This document shows, piece by piece, positions 1 through 9,015 of a DNA stretch of 64,000 bases (position 1 is the stretch's first letter; the number at the start of each line of letters is the position of its first letter). A model generated the notes under the pieces. It was not told the DNA's origin, did not search any database, and worked only from the letters and a program-made list of their open reading frames with translations. The stretch spans positions 14,503 to 78,502 of the forward strand of contig JAEEXP010000001.1 in the NCBI GenBank assembly GCA_016287865.1, read 5' to 3'. Origin of the DNA: Bacillales bacterium. GTDB lineage: Bacteria > Bacillota_I > Bacilli_A > Izemoplasmatales > UBA1188. A program made the position numbers and the translations under genes.

Positions 1-1
1 A

Positions 2-154
2 TCGTTATTCAAGAAAGTTGTTGTTACAAATTCAATCTGTCTTCCTGAAGAAAAGAAGTTTAATAATTTAGAGATTTTATCTATCGCAGACTTAATCGCA
101 TCTGCTATCCAAAAGGTATTAGATGATACTGCGATGAGCCCATTATTCTTCTAA
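2..154 (+). CDS. prs: ribose-phosphate pyrophosphokinase, C-terminal fragment (5' end outside window)
   Basis: Frame 2 reads SLFKKVVVTNSICLPEEKKFNNLEILSIADLIASAIQKVLDDTAMSPLFF*. This matches the conserved Prs C-terminus (VVTNSI.LPEEKK ... LS.A.LI.EAI ... S.LF). TAA at 152-154. Confidence 0.75.
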   Translation, partial: SLFKKVVVTNSICLPEEKKFNNLEILSIADLIASAIQKVLDDTAMSPLFF

Positions 155-171
155 ATTTAATAAATAATCAA

Positions 172-205
172 AAAGAGAAGAAATAAATTTTCTTCTTTTT
201 TTGTT
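172..205 (+). terminator. rho-independent terminator after prs
   Basis: Inverted repeat AGAGAAGAAA / TTTCTTCTTT (about 174-198) running into a T-tract. Confidence 0.6.
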
Positions 206-243
206 TTTGTATTATAATAATAATACTGGAATTAAGGAGTATT

Positions 244-1596
244 ATGGAAAGAATAGTAGATTTTTTTAAGAATCCAAGTGAATATAAAGGAAAAACAATA
301 ACAATTTCTGGTTGGATTAGAAATAATAGAAGCCAAGCTCAATTTGGATTTATTGATTTAAACGATGGAACAAGTTTCAAAACTGTTCAAGTTGTATATG
401 AAGAAGCATTAGCTAACTTTAAAAATATCCAAAAGATGAGAAATGGTGCATCAGTAGAAGTTACTGGCGAATTCGTTTTAACCCCTGATAGAGGTCAACC
501 ATTTGAAATAAAGGCTAAGGAAGTTACATTATTAGGAGATTCTACACCAGATTTCCCAATTCAACCTAAGAGACACACTAGAGAGTTTTTAAGAGAAATA
601 CCTCATCTTCGTGTAAGAACAAATTTATTCAATGCGGTGTTTAGAGTTAGAAATACAGCTGCATTCGCAATTCATAAATTCTTCCAAGAAAGAGGATTCT
701 TATATGTTCACACTCCTTTAATCACATCTAATGATGGTGAAGGAGCTGGCCAATTATTTAGTGTATCTACTGATTCTAAGAATCCATATACTGATTTCTT
801 TGGTAAGAGAACTTATCTTACAGTTACAGGACAACTTCATGTAGAACCATTCGCAATGGCATTCAGAAATGTTTATACATTTGGTCCAGCATTTAGAGCT
901 GAGAACTCAAATACACAAAAACATGCATCTGAATTCTGGATGGTTGAACCTGAAATGGCATTCTGTGATCTAAAAGGTGAAATGGACACAGCTGAAGCTT
1001 TAGTTAAGTATGTTATTAAAGATGTACTTGAAAACGCTAAAGATGAAATGGAATTCTTTGATAAGTTTGTTGAAAAAGGATTAATTGAAAGATTAAAAGC
1101 TGTTCTTAATACTAAAGAATTCGCAAGAGTAACTCATAAAGATGCAATTACTCTCTTAAGAGAATCTAAAGTTAACTTCGAAAATGAACCTAAATATGGC
1201 GAAGATATTGCAAGAGAACATGAAAAGTGGTTAACTGAACACTTTAATGGTCCGGTATTCGTATATGATTGGCCAAAAGATATTAAGGCATTCTATATGA
1301 AGGTTAACGCTGATGGAGAAACAGTAGCTGCATCAGACTTACTAGTTCCAGAATCTGGAGAACTTGTTGGTGGTAGCCAAAGAGAAGAAAATCTTGATGT
1401 TCTAGTAAAGAGAATGGACGAACTCAAGATGAATAAAGAAATTCTTGATTGGTACTTAGACACTAGAAGATATGGTGGTTGTGTACATTCAGGATTTGGA
1501 CTTGGATTTGAAAGATTAATTATGTTCTTAACTGGTGTTGATAACATAAGAGATGTTGAAGCTTATCCAAGAACTCCAAACAATTGTGAGTTCTAA
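244..1596 (+). CDS. asnS: asparagine--tRNA ligase
   Basis: 450-aa ORF with AAGGAG RBS upstream. N-terminal OB-fold region, class II motifs (GPAFRAE, GFGLGFERL) and the AsnRS-typical C-terminus YPRTPNNCEF. Confidence 0.93.
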   Translation: MERIVDFFKNPSEYKGKTITISGWIRNNRSQAQFGFIDLNDGTSFKTVQVVYEEALANFKNIQKMRNGASVEVTGEFVLTPDRGQPFEIKAKEVTLLGDSTPDFPIQPKRHTREFLREIPHLRVRTNLFNAVFRVRNTAAFAIHKFFQERGFLYVHTPLITSNDGEGAGQLFSVSTDSKNPYTDFFGKRTYLTVTGQLHVEPFAMAFRNVYTFGPAFRAENSNTQKHASEFWMVEPEMAFCDLKGEMDTAEALVKYVIKDVLENAKDEMEFFDKFVEKGLIERLKAVLNTKEFARVTHKDAITLLRESKVNFENEPKYGEDIAREHEKWLTEHFNGPVFVYDWPKDIKAFYMKVNADGETVAASDLLVPESGELVGGSQREENLDVLVKRMDELKMNKEILDWYLDTRRYGGCVHSGFGLGFERLIMFLTGVDNIRDVEAYPRTPNNCEF

Positions 1597-1660
1597 TTAT
1601 CAATTTTTATTGATAAAATCAATTTTTAATGTAAAATATCATTGATGTTAAGGAGCGAAA

Positions 1661-2299
1661 ATGGAAAATATTAACTTAAAATCTTTAGAAGAAGTTGCTG
1701 TTGAAGTATTAAGAGGCGAAAACACACAACTTACTTATTTAGAATTATTTGAAAAAGTTGCTGCATTAAAAGGTTTTAATGAAGAAGATAAGAAAAGAGA
1801 AATCGCAAGATTCTATACTGATATAACTTCATCAGGAAACTTTGTATATTGTGGTGACGATAAATGGTGCCTCAAAGAAAGTTTATCACCAGATGATCTT
1901 GATAGTGAATTCTTTGAAGAACACAACGAAGTTGAGGTCGATGAAAATGACGCATACTTCAAAACTAAACATAAAAAAGGTAAAAAATTCACTACTGATG
2001 AAAATGGCGAACTTATCGCAGATGTATCTTATAACGACTACGTAGCTGAAGGCAATAAAGACGATGAAGATGATGATTCTGTAGAGTCATATGAAAAGAT
2101 GGGATTATCTGATGAAGATTATGAAGAAGACTTCGAAGATAATGACTATTCTGAAGAAGATGATGAAGAAGAAGACAGCGAATACGAAAGAGACGTAGAC
2201 GATGATGAAGACTATGAAGCTGAAGATGAAGATGATGAATTCGATGAGAATGAATACAACAGCATCATGGACGAATGGGAAGATAGTTACGACAAATAA
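1661..2299 (+). CDS. rpoE: DNA-directed RNA polymerase delta subunit
   Basis: The N-terminal domain carries the RpoE signature IARFYTDITSSGNFVYCGDDKWCLK (compare B. subtilis IAQFYTDLNIDGRFL..D..WGLR). It is followed by a long D/E-rich acidic tail. RBS AAGGAG upstream. Confidence 0.85.
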   Translation: MENINLKSLEEVAVEVLRGENTQLTYLELFEKVAALKGFNEEDKKREIARFYTDITSSGNFVYCGDDKWCLKESLSPDDLDSEFFEEHNEVEVDENDAYFKTKHKKGKKFTTDENGELIADVSYNDYVAEGNKDDEDDDSVESYEKMGLSDEDYEEDFEDNDYSEEDDEEEDSEYERDVDDDEDYEAEDEDDEFDENEYNSIMDEWEDSYDK

Positions 2300-2316
2300 A
2301 AACATATAGAGATAAA

Positions 2317-2341
2317 AAGGAGTAGCGATACTCTTTTTTAT
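2317..2341 (+). terminator. rho-independent terminator after rpoE
   Basis: AAGGAGTA-GCGA-TACTCTTT hairpin followed by TTTTT. Confidence 0.55.
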
Positions 2342-2361
2342 TAATTTAAAAAGGAGAATTT

Positions 2362-3765
2362 ATGATTGTATCAAAGAAAGTAATTCAAGAAGTAATCAAT
2401 GAAGCCGCTAAAACTGGTTGTGATTACGTTGAACTTTTTATTGAAGAAAACGTATCAAACAGACTTAGAGTTATTGGTGGTGAATGTGATACAGCTTCAC
2501 AAGACAGAGAACAAGGCGCAGGTTTAAGACTCGCACTCAAAGAAAGATCAGTATATGGTTGTACAAATAAGCTTGATAGAGCTAGTTTAATAAAACTTGC
2601 TCAAGATTTATCTCAATCATTTAATGACAAACCAAAAGAGGTTACACCTCTTAAATCATTAAAGAAAGGTAAAAAACATCAAGTTACTAAGAGACCAGAA
2701 GATGTATCTAATGAAGAAAAAGTATCTATTCTTATGAAGGCATATAATGCTGCTAGAGCTTATAGTTCTGAAATCACTCAAGCATCAGCTTCTGTTTCAG
2801 ATGTTACTCAAAAAGTAATTATCGCTAAGATGGATGGTAGATTCGTTCAAGACGAAAGAGTATACACAAGAATTAGTGTAAGCGCAGTAGCTAGTGATAA
2901 AGAAGAAAAAGGTGATGGTTACGTAGCTCCAGGAAGAGCTATGGGCTATGAAGTATTTGACTCTATTATTAATGCTGAAGAATTAGGTAAAGAAGCCGCA
3001 AGACAAGCTATAGTTAATTTACACGCAGATTATTGTCCATCAGGACAAATGCCTGTAGTAATTGATAATGGTTTTGGTGGAGTTATCTTCCATGAAGCTT
3101 GTGGACACTCTTTAGAAGCTACATCAGTAGCTAAAGGTGCATCAGTATTCTGCGGTAAATTAGGCCAACAAATCGCAAATAAATGCGTAAGCGCAGTAGA
3201 TGACGGCACATTAATCAACGAATGGGGAAGCGAAAACTTCGATGATGAAGCTAACCCACAAAAGAAGAGAGTATTAATTAAAAACGGTATTTTAAAATCT
3301 TACATGATTGATGAAATCAATGGACGTAAGATGGGTATGGAAAATACTGGTTCTGGAAGAAGAGAATCTTATAAATACGCTCCAACTTCAAGAATGAGTA
3401 ATACATATATTTGCCCAGGAAACGCATCTTTTGAAGAATTATTCGAAGGAATTGAATTTGGACTATATTGTAAATCACTTGGTGGAGGATCTGTATCTCC
3501 TGCAACTGGTGACTTCAACTTCGCAGTTAATGAAGGATACGTTATTAGAAATGGTAAGATTGCTGAAGCCGTTAAAGGCGCAACTTTAATTGGTAATGGT
3601 GCTCAAATCATTAAAGATATCGTAATGGTAGGTAAAGATTTAAAACTTGCTGAAGGCATGTGTGGATCGCTCTCAGGCTCAATTCCTGTAGATGTAGGAC
3701 AACCTCCAATTAGAGTATCTAATATTACAGTTGGTGGAAGAAAAGAAATGGGAGGTTCAAAATAA
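2362..3765 (+). CDS. tldD: TldD-family metalloprotease
   Basis: 467 aa with the HEACGH metal-binding motif (GGVIFHEACGHSLE) and C-terminal GMCGS...G.PP..V motifs typical of TldD. Adjacent to its usual partner PmbA. Confidence 0.88.
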   Translation: MIVSKKVIQEVINEAAKTGCDYVELFIEENVSNRLRVIGGECDTASQDREQGAGLRLALKERSVYGCTNKLDRASLIKLAQDLSQSFNDKPKEVTPLKSLKKGKKHQVTKRPEDVSNEEKVSILMKAYNAARAYSSEITQASASVSDVTQKVIIAKMDGRFVQDERVYTRISVSAVASDKEEKGDGYVAPGRAMGYEVFDSIINAEELGKEAARQAIVNLHADYCPSGQMPVVIDNGFGGVIFHEACGHSLEATSVAKGASVFCGKLGQQIANKCVSAVDDGTLINEWGSENFDDEANPQKKRVLIKNGILKSYMIDEINGRKMGMENTGSGRRESYKYAPTSRMSNTYICPGNASFEELFEGIEFGLYCKSLGGGSVSPATGDFNFAVNEGYVIRNGKIAEAVKGATLIGNGAQIIKDIVMVGKDLKLAEGMCGSLSGSIPVDVGQPPIRVSNITVGGRKEMGGSK

Positions 3766-5066
3766 TGAATTTCAATAAATTATTTGCTCTTGCTAAAGAA
3801 AAAGGACTTGAAGATATTCAAGTATTATATGAAGAAACTAATTCAACTGATATTACCGCATATAATGGTGGACTTGATAATGTAAATGTATCAAGAGTTT
3901 CATCACTCTCAGCTAAAGCCTTATATAAAGGCAGAATGGCTTACTATTCTACAGAAGAAGTATCTGCCAAAGCCTTCCCTAGAATTGTTAATGAATTATT
4001 AAATAGTGCTAAGGTATTAAATTCTAAAGATGAAGAATTCATCTATGAAGGCGACCCTAAGTATAAGAAGCTTCCATTCTTATTTAATAAATCATTAAAT
4101 GAACATTCGGTTGATGAAAAGATTGCTTTAGTGCTTAAAGCTTCTAATATCTTAAAAGGTAAAGCTAATGTAGTACAATGCCAAGCTGGTTATGAAGAGG
4201 CAGAAACTACTACAATTATGGTTAACTCTAAAGGACTTAAAGTTAAGAATCATAGAAACTATGCTGAATTATTTGCTATGCCTATAGTAAATAAGGATAA
4301 TGATGTTAGAAATGAATTCGCATTCTATTTATCAAATAATTTTGATGATTTTGATGCTGAAAAAATTGCTAATGAAGCATATGAAAAGACTGTATCTATG
4401 ATTGGTGCTAAACCAGTTAAGAGCGGTAAATATAATGTAGTATTTAGCGAAAGAACTACTGCATCTATTCTTGGATGCTTCACATCAATGTTCTCAAGTG
4501 AAGCAGTCCAAAAAGATTTATCTATCTTAAAAGGTAAAGTAGGTCAAAAGATCGCATCTTCTAAAGTAACATTAGTAGATGACCCATTCTTAAAGATGAG
4601 TATGCAATCAACTTCATGTGATTCTGAAGGCGTAGCTACTCAATATAAAGAAATAGTAAAGAACGGAGTTCTTACTAATTACTTCTATAATTTAAAGACA
4701 GCTAAGAAAGATGGCGTTAAATCTACAGGTAATGGATTTGGTGGTGGTGCTAGACCAGTAAACTTCCATTTCAAGACTGGAAGAAAGACTAAAGATGAAG
4801 TAATCGCTCTTGCTAAAGATGGCCTATACATTACAAGTCTTGCAGGTCTTCATTCAGGTGCTAACTCAATTAATGGACAATTCAGTGTTCAAGCAGCTGG
4901 ATATGTTATTAGAGATGGTAAGATTGCTGAACCAGTAGCTTTAATCACTGTATCTGATTCATTCCTTAATTTATTAAGCAATGTTAAAGAAGTATCAAAT
5001 GAACTTGCTAATGCATTTGATTCTCCTGCAATTTTAGTTAAAGGTATTGCTGTAGCTGGACTCTAA
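3765..5066 (+). CDS. pmbA: PmbA/TldE-family protease subunit
   Basis: 433 aa, TldD/PmbA fold without the HExxxH motif. ATG overlaps the tldD stop (ATAATG). C-terminal motifs GLHSGANSINGQFS and GY.IR.GKI are present. Confidence 0.85.
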   Translation: MNFNKLFALAKEKGLEDIQVLYEETNSTDITAYNGGLDNVNVSRVSSLSAKALYKGRMAYYSTEEVSAKAFPRIVNELLNSAKVLNSKDEEFIYEGDPKYKKLPFLFNKSLNEHSVDEKIALVLKASNILKGKANVVQCQAGYEEAETTTIMVNSKGLKVKNHRNYAELFAMPIVNKDNDVRNEFAFYLSNNFDDFDAEKIANEAYEKTVSMIGAKPVKSGKYNVVFSERTTASILGCFTSMFSSEAVQKDLSILKGKVGQKIASSKVTLVDDPFLKMSMQSTSCDSEGVATQYKEIVKNGVLTNYFYNLKTAKKDGVKSTGNGFGGGARPVNFHFKTGRKTKDEVIALAKDGLYITSLAGLHSGANSINGQFSVQAAGYVIRDGKIAEPVALITVSDSFLNLLSNVKEVSNELANAFDSPAILVKGIAVAGL

Positions 5067-5067
5067 T

Positions 5068-5583
5068 ATGGAACGTAGTGAAGATTTTATTAGATTTATA
5101 TCTGAACACTCACATCTTCTAGAACATCTAGAAGAACATGCATCACCTCTTTATGATTTGATTTACCCTATCTATATCGTTTTAAAACATTTAATTGAAA
5201 ACAACGTAGATATAAAGATTAAACTCAGAGATGATGTATTCCAAGAAGGATATAATTACTTATATTTATATATAGAAGAATTAGATACTATATTAAATAA
5301 ATATTATAATAACGATATTCACGCGTTACTTTTTGATCAAGAAGTTGTTTATTATTATGAAAGATTAAAAGATCTAGATGAACTTCTAGATTCTAAAAAT
5401 GCTGAAGTATTTAATTTAACTAATAAATATGAGAAGCTTGTGGGTAAAACTTATTTCATGACTCAAACAGACAAAGAAGAAGTAGAATCACTTCTAAATA
5501 AAGTCTATGATGAAATAGAAGAATTACCTATTCAAGATGAATATATGCTTTATGCATCATATTTAAAATTAGATGTAATATAA
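5068..5583 (+). CDS. hypothetical helical protein, translationally coupled to pmbA
   Basis: 171-aa ORF starting 1 nt after the pmbA stop (TAATATG). No domain recognised. Confidence 0.55.
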   Translation: MERSEDFIRFISEHSHLLEHLEEHASPLYDLIYPIYIVLKHLIENNVDIKIKLRDDVFQEGYNYLYLYIEELDTILNKYYNNDIHALLFDQEVVYYYERLKDLDELLDSKNAEVFNLTNKYEKLVGKTYFMTQTDKEEVESLLNKVYDEIEELPIQDEYMLYASYLKLDVI

Positions 5584-5584
5584 T

Positions 5585-6025
5585 ATGAAAAAAATAACTT
5601 GTTTAATTGTGGCGTTTGTCTTTTTTGTCGGATTGTGTCTTTTTTCGTCGTGTACGGTTAACAAAAAAACAAACTATATTTTTGAGGGATCTTTTGTTTG
5701 CGAAAAAGACGGTGTTGTTTATTATTTAGAAATAAAAGAAATAAATGAGGAATCATATTCAGAGCGAGATGGGTTTAATGTTGTGCACGATGTGGTAAAC
5801 AACAATAAATATTATGAACTTTCTTTTTATTGGATGATTGAATCACAAAAAGAGACATATAATTTTATAAATTTGAAAGATAGTCACCCAAAAACAAACG
5901 GACTTCCGGTGTTTTATGTTGATGACAACAATAATAAATTTATTCCTCAAAACATAAAAGCTCCAAATAAGTATACTGTTGTTTTAAATGGTGTTTATTT
6001 AGAACTGGAGGACTATAAATCATGA
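5585..6025 (+). CDS. hypothetical lipoprotein
   Basis: 146 aa. Signal peptide MKKITCLIVAFVFFVGLCLFSSC with a lipobox-like LFSSC. Starts 1 nt after the previous stop. Codon usage differs from its neighbours (many NNG/NCG codons). Confidence 0.6.
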   Translation: MKKITCLIVAFVFFVGLCLFSSCTVNKKTNYIFEGSFVCEKDGVVYYLEIKEINEESYSERDGFNVVHDVVNNNKYYELSFYWMIESQKETYNFINLKDSHPKTNGLPVFYVDDNNNKFIPQNIKAPNKYTVVLNGVYLELEDYKS

Positions 6026-6147
6026 ATGCGATTTTACCATTGATAAGTTTGTTGATGTCATTCTCTTTTTGTAATATAAATAATAATTGCTGTCCACGTG
6101 ACAATTATTTAATAGAAGCAAAAACAACTCAAAATAACGAAAACTAA
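6022..6147 (+). CDS. possible small Cys-containing peptide (41 aa)
   Basis: ATG overlaps the upstream TGA (ATGA). It reads MNAILPLISLLMSFSFCNINNNCCPRDNYLIEAKTTQNNEN*. The ORF is below the ORF-track cutoff, has no clear RBS and is unverified. Confidence 0.2.
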   Translation: MNAILPLISLLMSFSFCNINNNCCPRDNYLIEAKTTQNNEN

Positions 6148-6220
6148 ACAAAATCCTTTAATTGATAGAAATAAAGGAAGAATAGTATTAGATAAAATAA
6201 AAATATATTACAACTAAAAA

Positions 6221-6256
6221 AAGAAGAAGACAAGGAATTAACCTTGTCTTCTTTTA
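6221..6256. terminator. bidirectional rho-independent terminator (lysS / tldD-operon convergence)
   Basis: AGAAGAAGACAAGG-AATTA-ACCTTGTCTTCTT perfect hairpin flanked by an A-run and a T-run. Confidence 0.85.
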
Positions 6257-6257
6257 A

Positions 6258-7745
6258 TTATTCATTAATTTTCATTGTTGGGAATAAGAGAACGTCTCTG
6301 ATAGAATCTTGTTCTAAGAAGAACATTACAAGTCTATCAATACCGATGCCAACTCCGCCTGCAGGAGGCATACCGTATTCCATAGCGTCTAGGAATGTTT
6401 CATCGATATCAGCTGCTTCATCATTACCGAGCTGTCTTTCTCTTAATTCTTCTTCAAATCTCTTTAATTGTTCAATTGGGTTATTGAGTTCTGTGTATGC
6501 ATTACCGAATTCACAACCATTGATATAGAGTTCGAATCTTTCAACAAATCTAGGATCTTCTTTGTTTTCTTTTGTAAGAGGAGATATTTCAATTGGATGT
6601 CCACATAAGAATGTAGGTTGAACTAAATCTTCTTCACAGAATTTTTCAAAGAATTCATTGATAATATGACCCACAGTAAAGTGTGGTTCAACTTTAATAC
6701 CATTTTCCTTTGCAAGCTTAGTAGCTTCTTCAAGAGTATAGTTATTAGCCTTAAAGTCGATACCAGTCTTTTCTTTAATCATATCTGTCATATTAACTTT
6801 TCTAAATGGTTTTTCGAGATCAATTTCTGTGTCACCCATCTTGAATACATATTTACCAAACACATTCTTAGCGATGTATTTAAATACGCCTTCAGTGATT
6901 TCCATCATTGAATCAAGATTACCATAAGCTTGATAGAGTTCTACCATAGTGAATTCAGGGTTATGTTTAGTATCAACACCTTCGTTTCTAAATACTCTAC
7001 CGATTTCGAATACTCTTTCCATTCCACCAACAAGAAGTTTCTTTAAGCTAATTTCAAGAGCTATTCTTAAATAAAGACTCATATCAAGTGCATTGTGATG
7101 AGTGATGAATGGTCTAGCAGAAGCACCACCTTTATGAACTTCAAGGATAGGAGTTTCAACTTCAGTAAAACCAAGTGAACCGAAGTATTCTCTCATAGCT
7201 TTAATGATTTGAGGTCTTGCGAGAGCTGTCTTTAAGCTTTCATCATTCATGATTAAGTCTAAGTATCTCTTTCTATATCTTTCTTCAACGTCTGAAAGTC
7301 CATGGAACTTTTCTGGAAGAGGTTTTAATGATTTAGCTAAGTGTGTATACTTTTCGCATTTAATTGTGATTTCACCAGTTTGAGTAAGCATTACATAACC
7401 TTCAACACCTACGATGTCTCCTACATCTCCGGCTTTGAAGATAGAGTAATCAGTTTCTCCAACATCATCAAGTTTAATATATACTTGGATTAAACCTGTT
7501 TTATCTTTTAAACTGAAGAATGATGCCTTACCCATCTTTCTCATGAACATAATTCTACCAGCTACTTTAGCGTGAGCTTTTAATTCTTCTAATTCTTCGT
7601 GAGTTTTACCAGCATACTTTTCTTTAATTTCCTTAGCTGTGTTTTCTACATCATATTTTTGTCCATATGGATCTACACCGAGTTCAACTAATCTTTCGAG
7701 CTTAACTCTTCTAGCCATTTCTTGATCTGTAAATTCTCTTGCCAT
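6258..7745 (-). CDS. lysS: lysine--tRNA ligase (class II)
   Basis: 495 aa. OB-fold N-domain, class II motifs (FRNEG, GGVGIGIDRLVMF) and typical LysRS length. Confidence 0.93.
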   Translation of the reverse strand: MAREFTDQEMARRVKLERLVELGVDPYGQKYDVENTAKEIKEKYAGKTHEELEELKAHAKVAGRIMFMRKMGKASFFSLKDKTGLIQVYIKLDDVGETDYSIFKAGDVGDIVGVEGYVMLTQTGEITIKCEKYTHLAKSLKPLPEKFHGLSDVEERYRKRYLDLIMNDESLKTALARPQIIKAMREYFGSLGFTEVETPILEVHKGGASARPFITHHNALDMSLYLRIALEISLKKLLVGGMERVFEIGRVFRNEGVDTKHNPEFTMVELYQAYGNLDSMMEITEGVFKYIAKNVFGKYVFKMGDTEIDLEKPFRKVNMTDMIKEKTGIDFKANNYTLEEATKLAKENGIKVEPHFTVGHIINEFFEKFCEEDLVQPTFLCGHPIEISPLTKENKEDPRFVERFELYINGCEFGNAYTELNNPIEQLKRFEEELRERQLGNDEAADIDETFLDAMEYGMPPAGGVGIGIDRLVMFFLEQDSIRDVLLFPTMKINE

Positions 7746-7861
7746 AACGTTTCTTCCTTTAATTTATAATTATCGTAAATAATTATACATTAAGTAGAGT
7801 ATATTTTCAAATTATAGTGTGATAATATATTATAAGAATATATTAAAGGAGGAACGGCTAA

Positions 7862-8737
7862 ATGAAGAAATTACTATCTATTATCTCTATATTTGCGCTA
7901 TCTTTAATGCTTGTAGGCTGTTCTAAAAGAATCACTCTCGAAAATAAAACATATGAAACAGAAGAAGATATAGAAGTTATTCAAGTTAATGATTTAAATA
8001 TGAATATTACTATTAAAAAGAGTAATACAGACAAAATTACTGTTGAATATGGCACAGCAAAAGAATATACACTTTATGTAACATATGAACACTCAAATAA
8101 ATCTTTAACTTTAAGAAGAGAACAAGCTAAAAGTATGTTCTTTAATTCATATGATTTCGATAAAAACTCTGAAACAGTTATCACTGTTCCTGAGGATAAA
8201 GAAATTAAGTATACAGTCGCAATAGAAAACGGTGGTATTACTTTAAGTAATATTAAACCACTTGAATCTAGTTTTAGAACTGATAGTGGTTCAATCTCAT
8301 TAAATAATGTTATCTCAAGTGAAAAAGTAGAACTAAAAACTATTAATGGTGAAGTTAGTTTAAAAGATTCAGAATTTAAAGAATTAAAAGTTAACGTTAA
8401 TAATGGTTCTATTAGACTTGATACTGTAGAAGTAAAAGAAGATTTATTTACTAAAACAGACAATGGTGAAACAAGATATGAAGATGTTACAGCATCTAAG
8501 ATTGAATCAGAATCAGGACATGGTGAACAAAACTTAAGAAATGTTGACTTCATTGTTATAATGAGTGTTAAAACTACTACTGGAGCAATTAACTTACTTC
8601 TTAAAGGAAAGAGAAGCGATTATTTAGCTACAGCATCAGCTGGTACAGGTAAAGTTACAGGTACTACTGAAGAAGGACAAAAGAATGTAACTTGTAGAAC
8701 TACAGTTGGTGATGTAAATATTAGATACGCAGGATAA
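7862..8737 (+). CDS. DUF4097-like beta-repeat lipoprotein (putative adhesin family)
   Basis: Lipobox LMLVGCSK. Repeated short beta-strand units (NGGITLSN, SGSISLNN, NGEVSLKD, NGSIRLDT, VGDVNIRY) are typical of DUF4097. Confidence 0.6.
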   Translation: MKKLLSIISIFALSLMLVGCSKRITLENKTYETEEDIEVIQVNDLNMNITIKKSNTDKITVEYGTAKEYTLYVTYEHSNKSLTLRREQAKSMFFNSYDFDKNSETVITVPEDKEIKYTVAIENGGITLSNIKPLESSFRTDSGSISLNNVISSEKVELKTINGEVSLKDSEFKELKVNVNNGSIRLDTVEVKEDLFTKTDNGETRYEDVTASKIESESGHGEQNLRNVDFIVIMSVKTTTGAINLLLKGKRSDYLATASAGTGKVTGTTEEGQKNVTCRTTVGDVNIRYAG

Positions 8738-8740
8738 AAA

Positions 8741-8773
8741 AGAATGGCCGCACTAATGTGCGACCATTTTTAA
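8741..8773. terminator. bidirectional terminator
   Basis: AATGGCCGCAC-TAAT-GTGCGACCATT hairpin flanked by A- and T-runs, between convergent genes. Confidence 0.75.
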
Positions 8774-9015
8774 TTTTCGATTACTTCATACATTTCAGAT
8801 GCATCTTTCTTAGCTGTGAATTCATTAATTGATAGTACTTTAACTTTAAGTACTTTTGATGAATAAGATATTTCAATAATATCTCCTTCATTCACAGAAG
8901 AAGAAGGTTTGGCATCTTTTCCGTTAATTCTAATCTTATCTTTTTGGGCAGCCTCTTTAGCGACTGTCCTTCTTTTTATAATATGAGATACTTTTAAATA
9001 CTTATCTAGTCTCAT
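8770..9015 (-). CDS. rqcP: S4-domain RNA-binding protein RqcP/YabO (Hsp15-like)
   Basis: From the internal ATG it reads MRLDKYLKVSHIIKRRTVAKEAAQKDKIRINGKDAKPSS..., closely matching B. subtilis YabO (MRLDKFLKVSRLIKRRTLAKE...). The longer ORF-track start (9078) lies inside ftsH and was trimmed. Confidence 0.8.
   Translation of the reverse strand: MRLDKYLKVSHIIKRRTVAKEAAQKDKIRINGKDAKPSSSVNEGDIIEISYSSKVLKVKVLSINEFTAKKDASEMYEVIEN

Noticed and set aside
1597-1616. TTATCAAT-TTTT-ATTGATAA hairpin after asnS as a terminator
   Set aside because: The stem is AT-only and of very low stability, so it is not confidently a terminator. asnS and rpoE may be co-transcribed.
2050-2299. Highly repetitive GAA/GAT-rich stretch that looks like a tandem repeat array
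   Set aside because: It is in frame within rpoE and encodes the acidic D/E tail characteristic of the RNA polymerase delta subunit. It is not a CRISPR or a non-coding repeat.
8074-8553. 159-aa ORF on the minus strand inside the DUF4097 lipoprotein gene
   Set aside because: It is entirely antisense to a well-supported gene. The product is Ser/Leu-rich and low in complexity, typical of shadow frames in AT-rich DNA, and there is no RBS.
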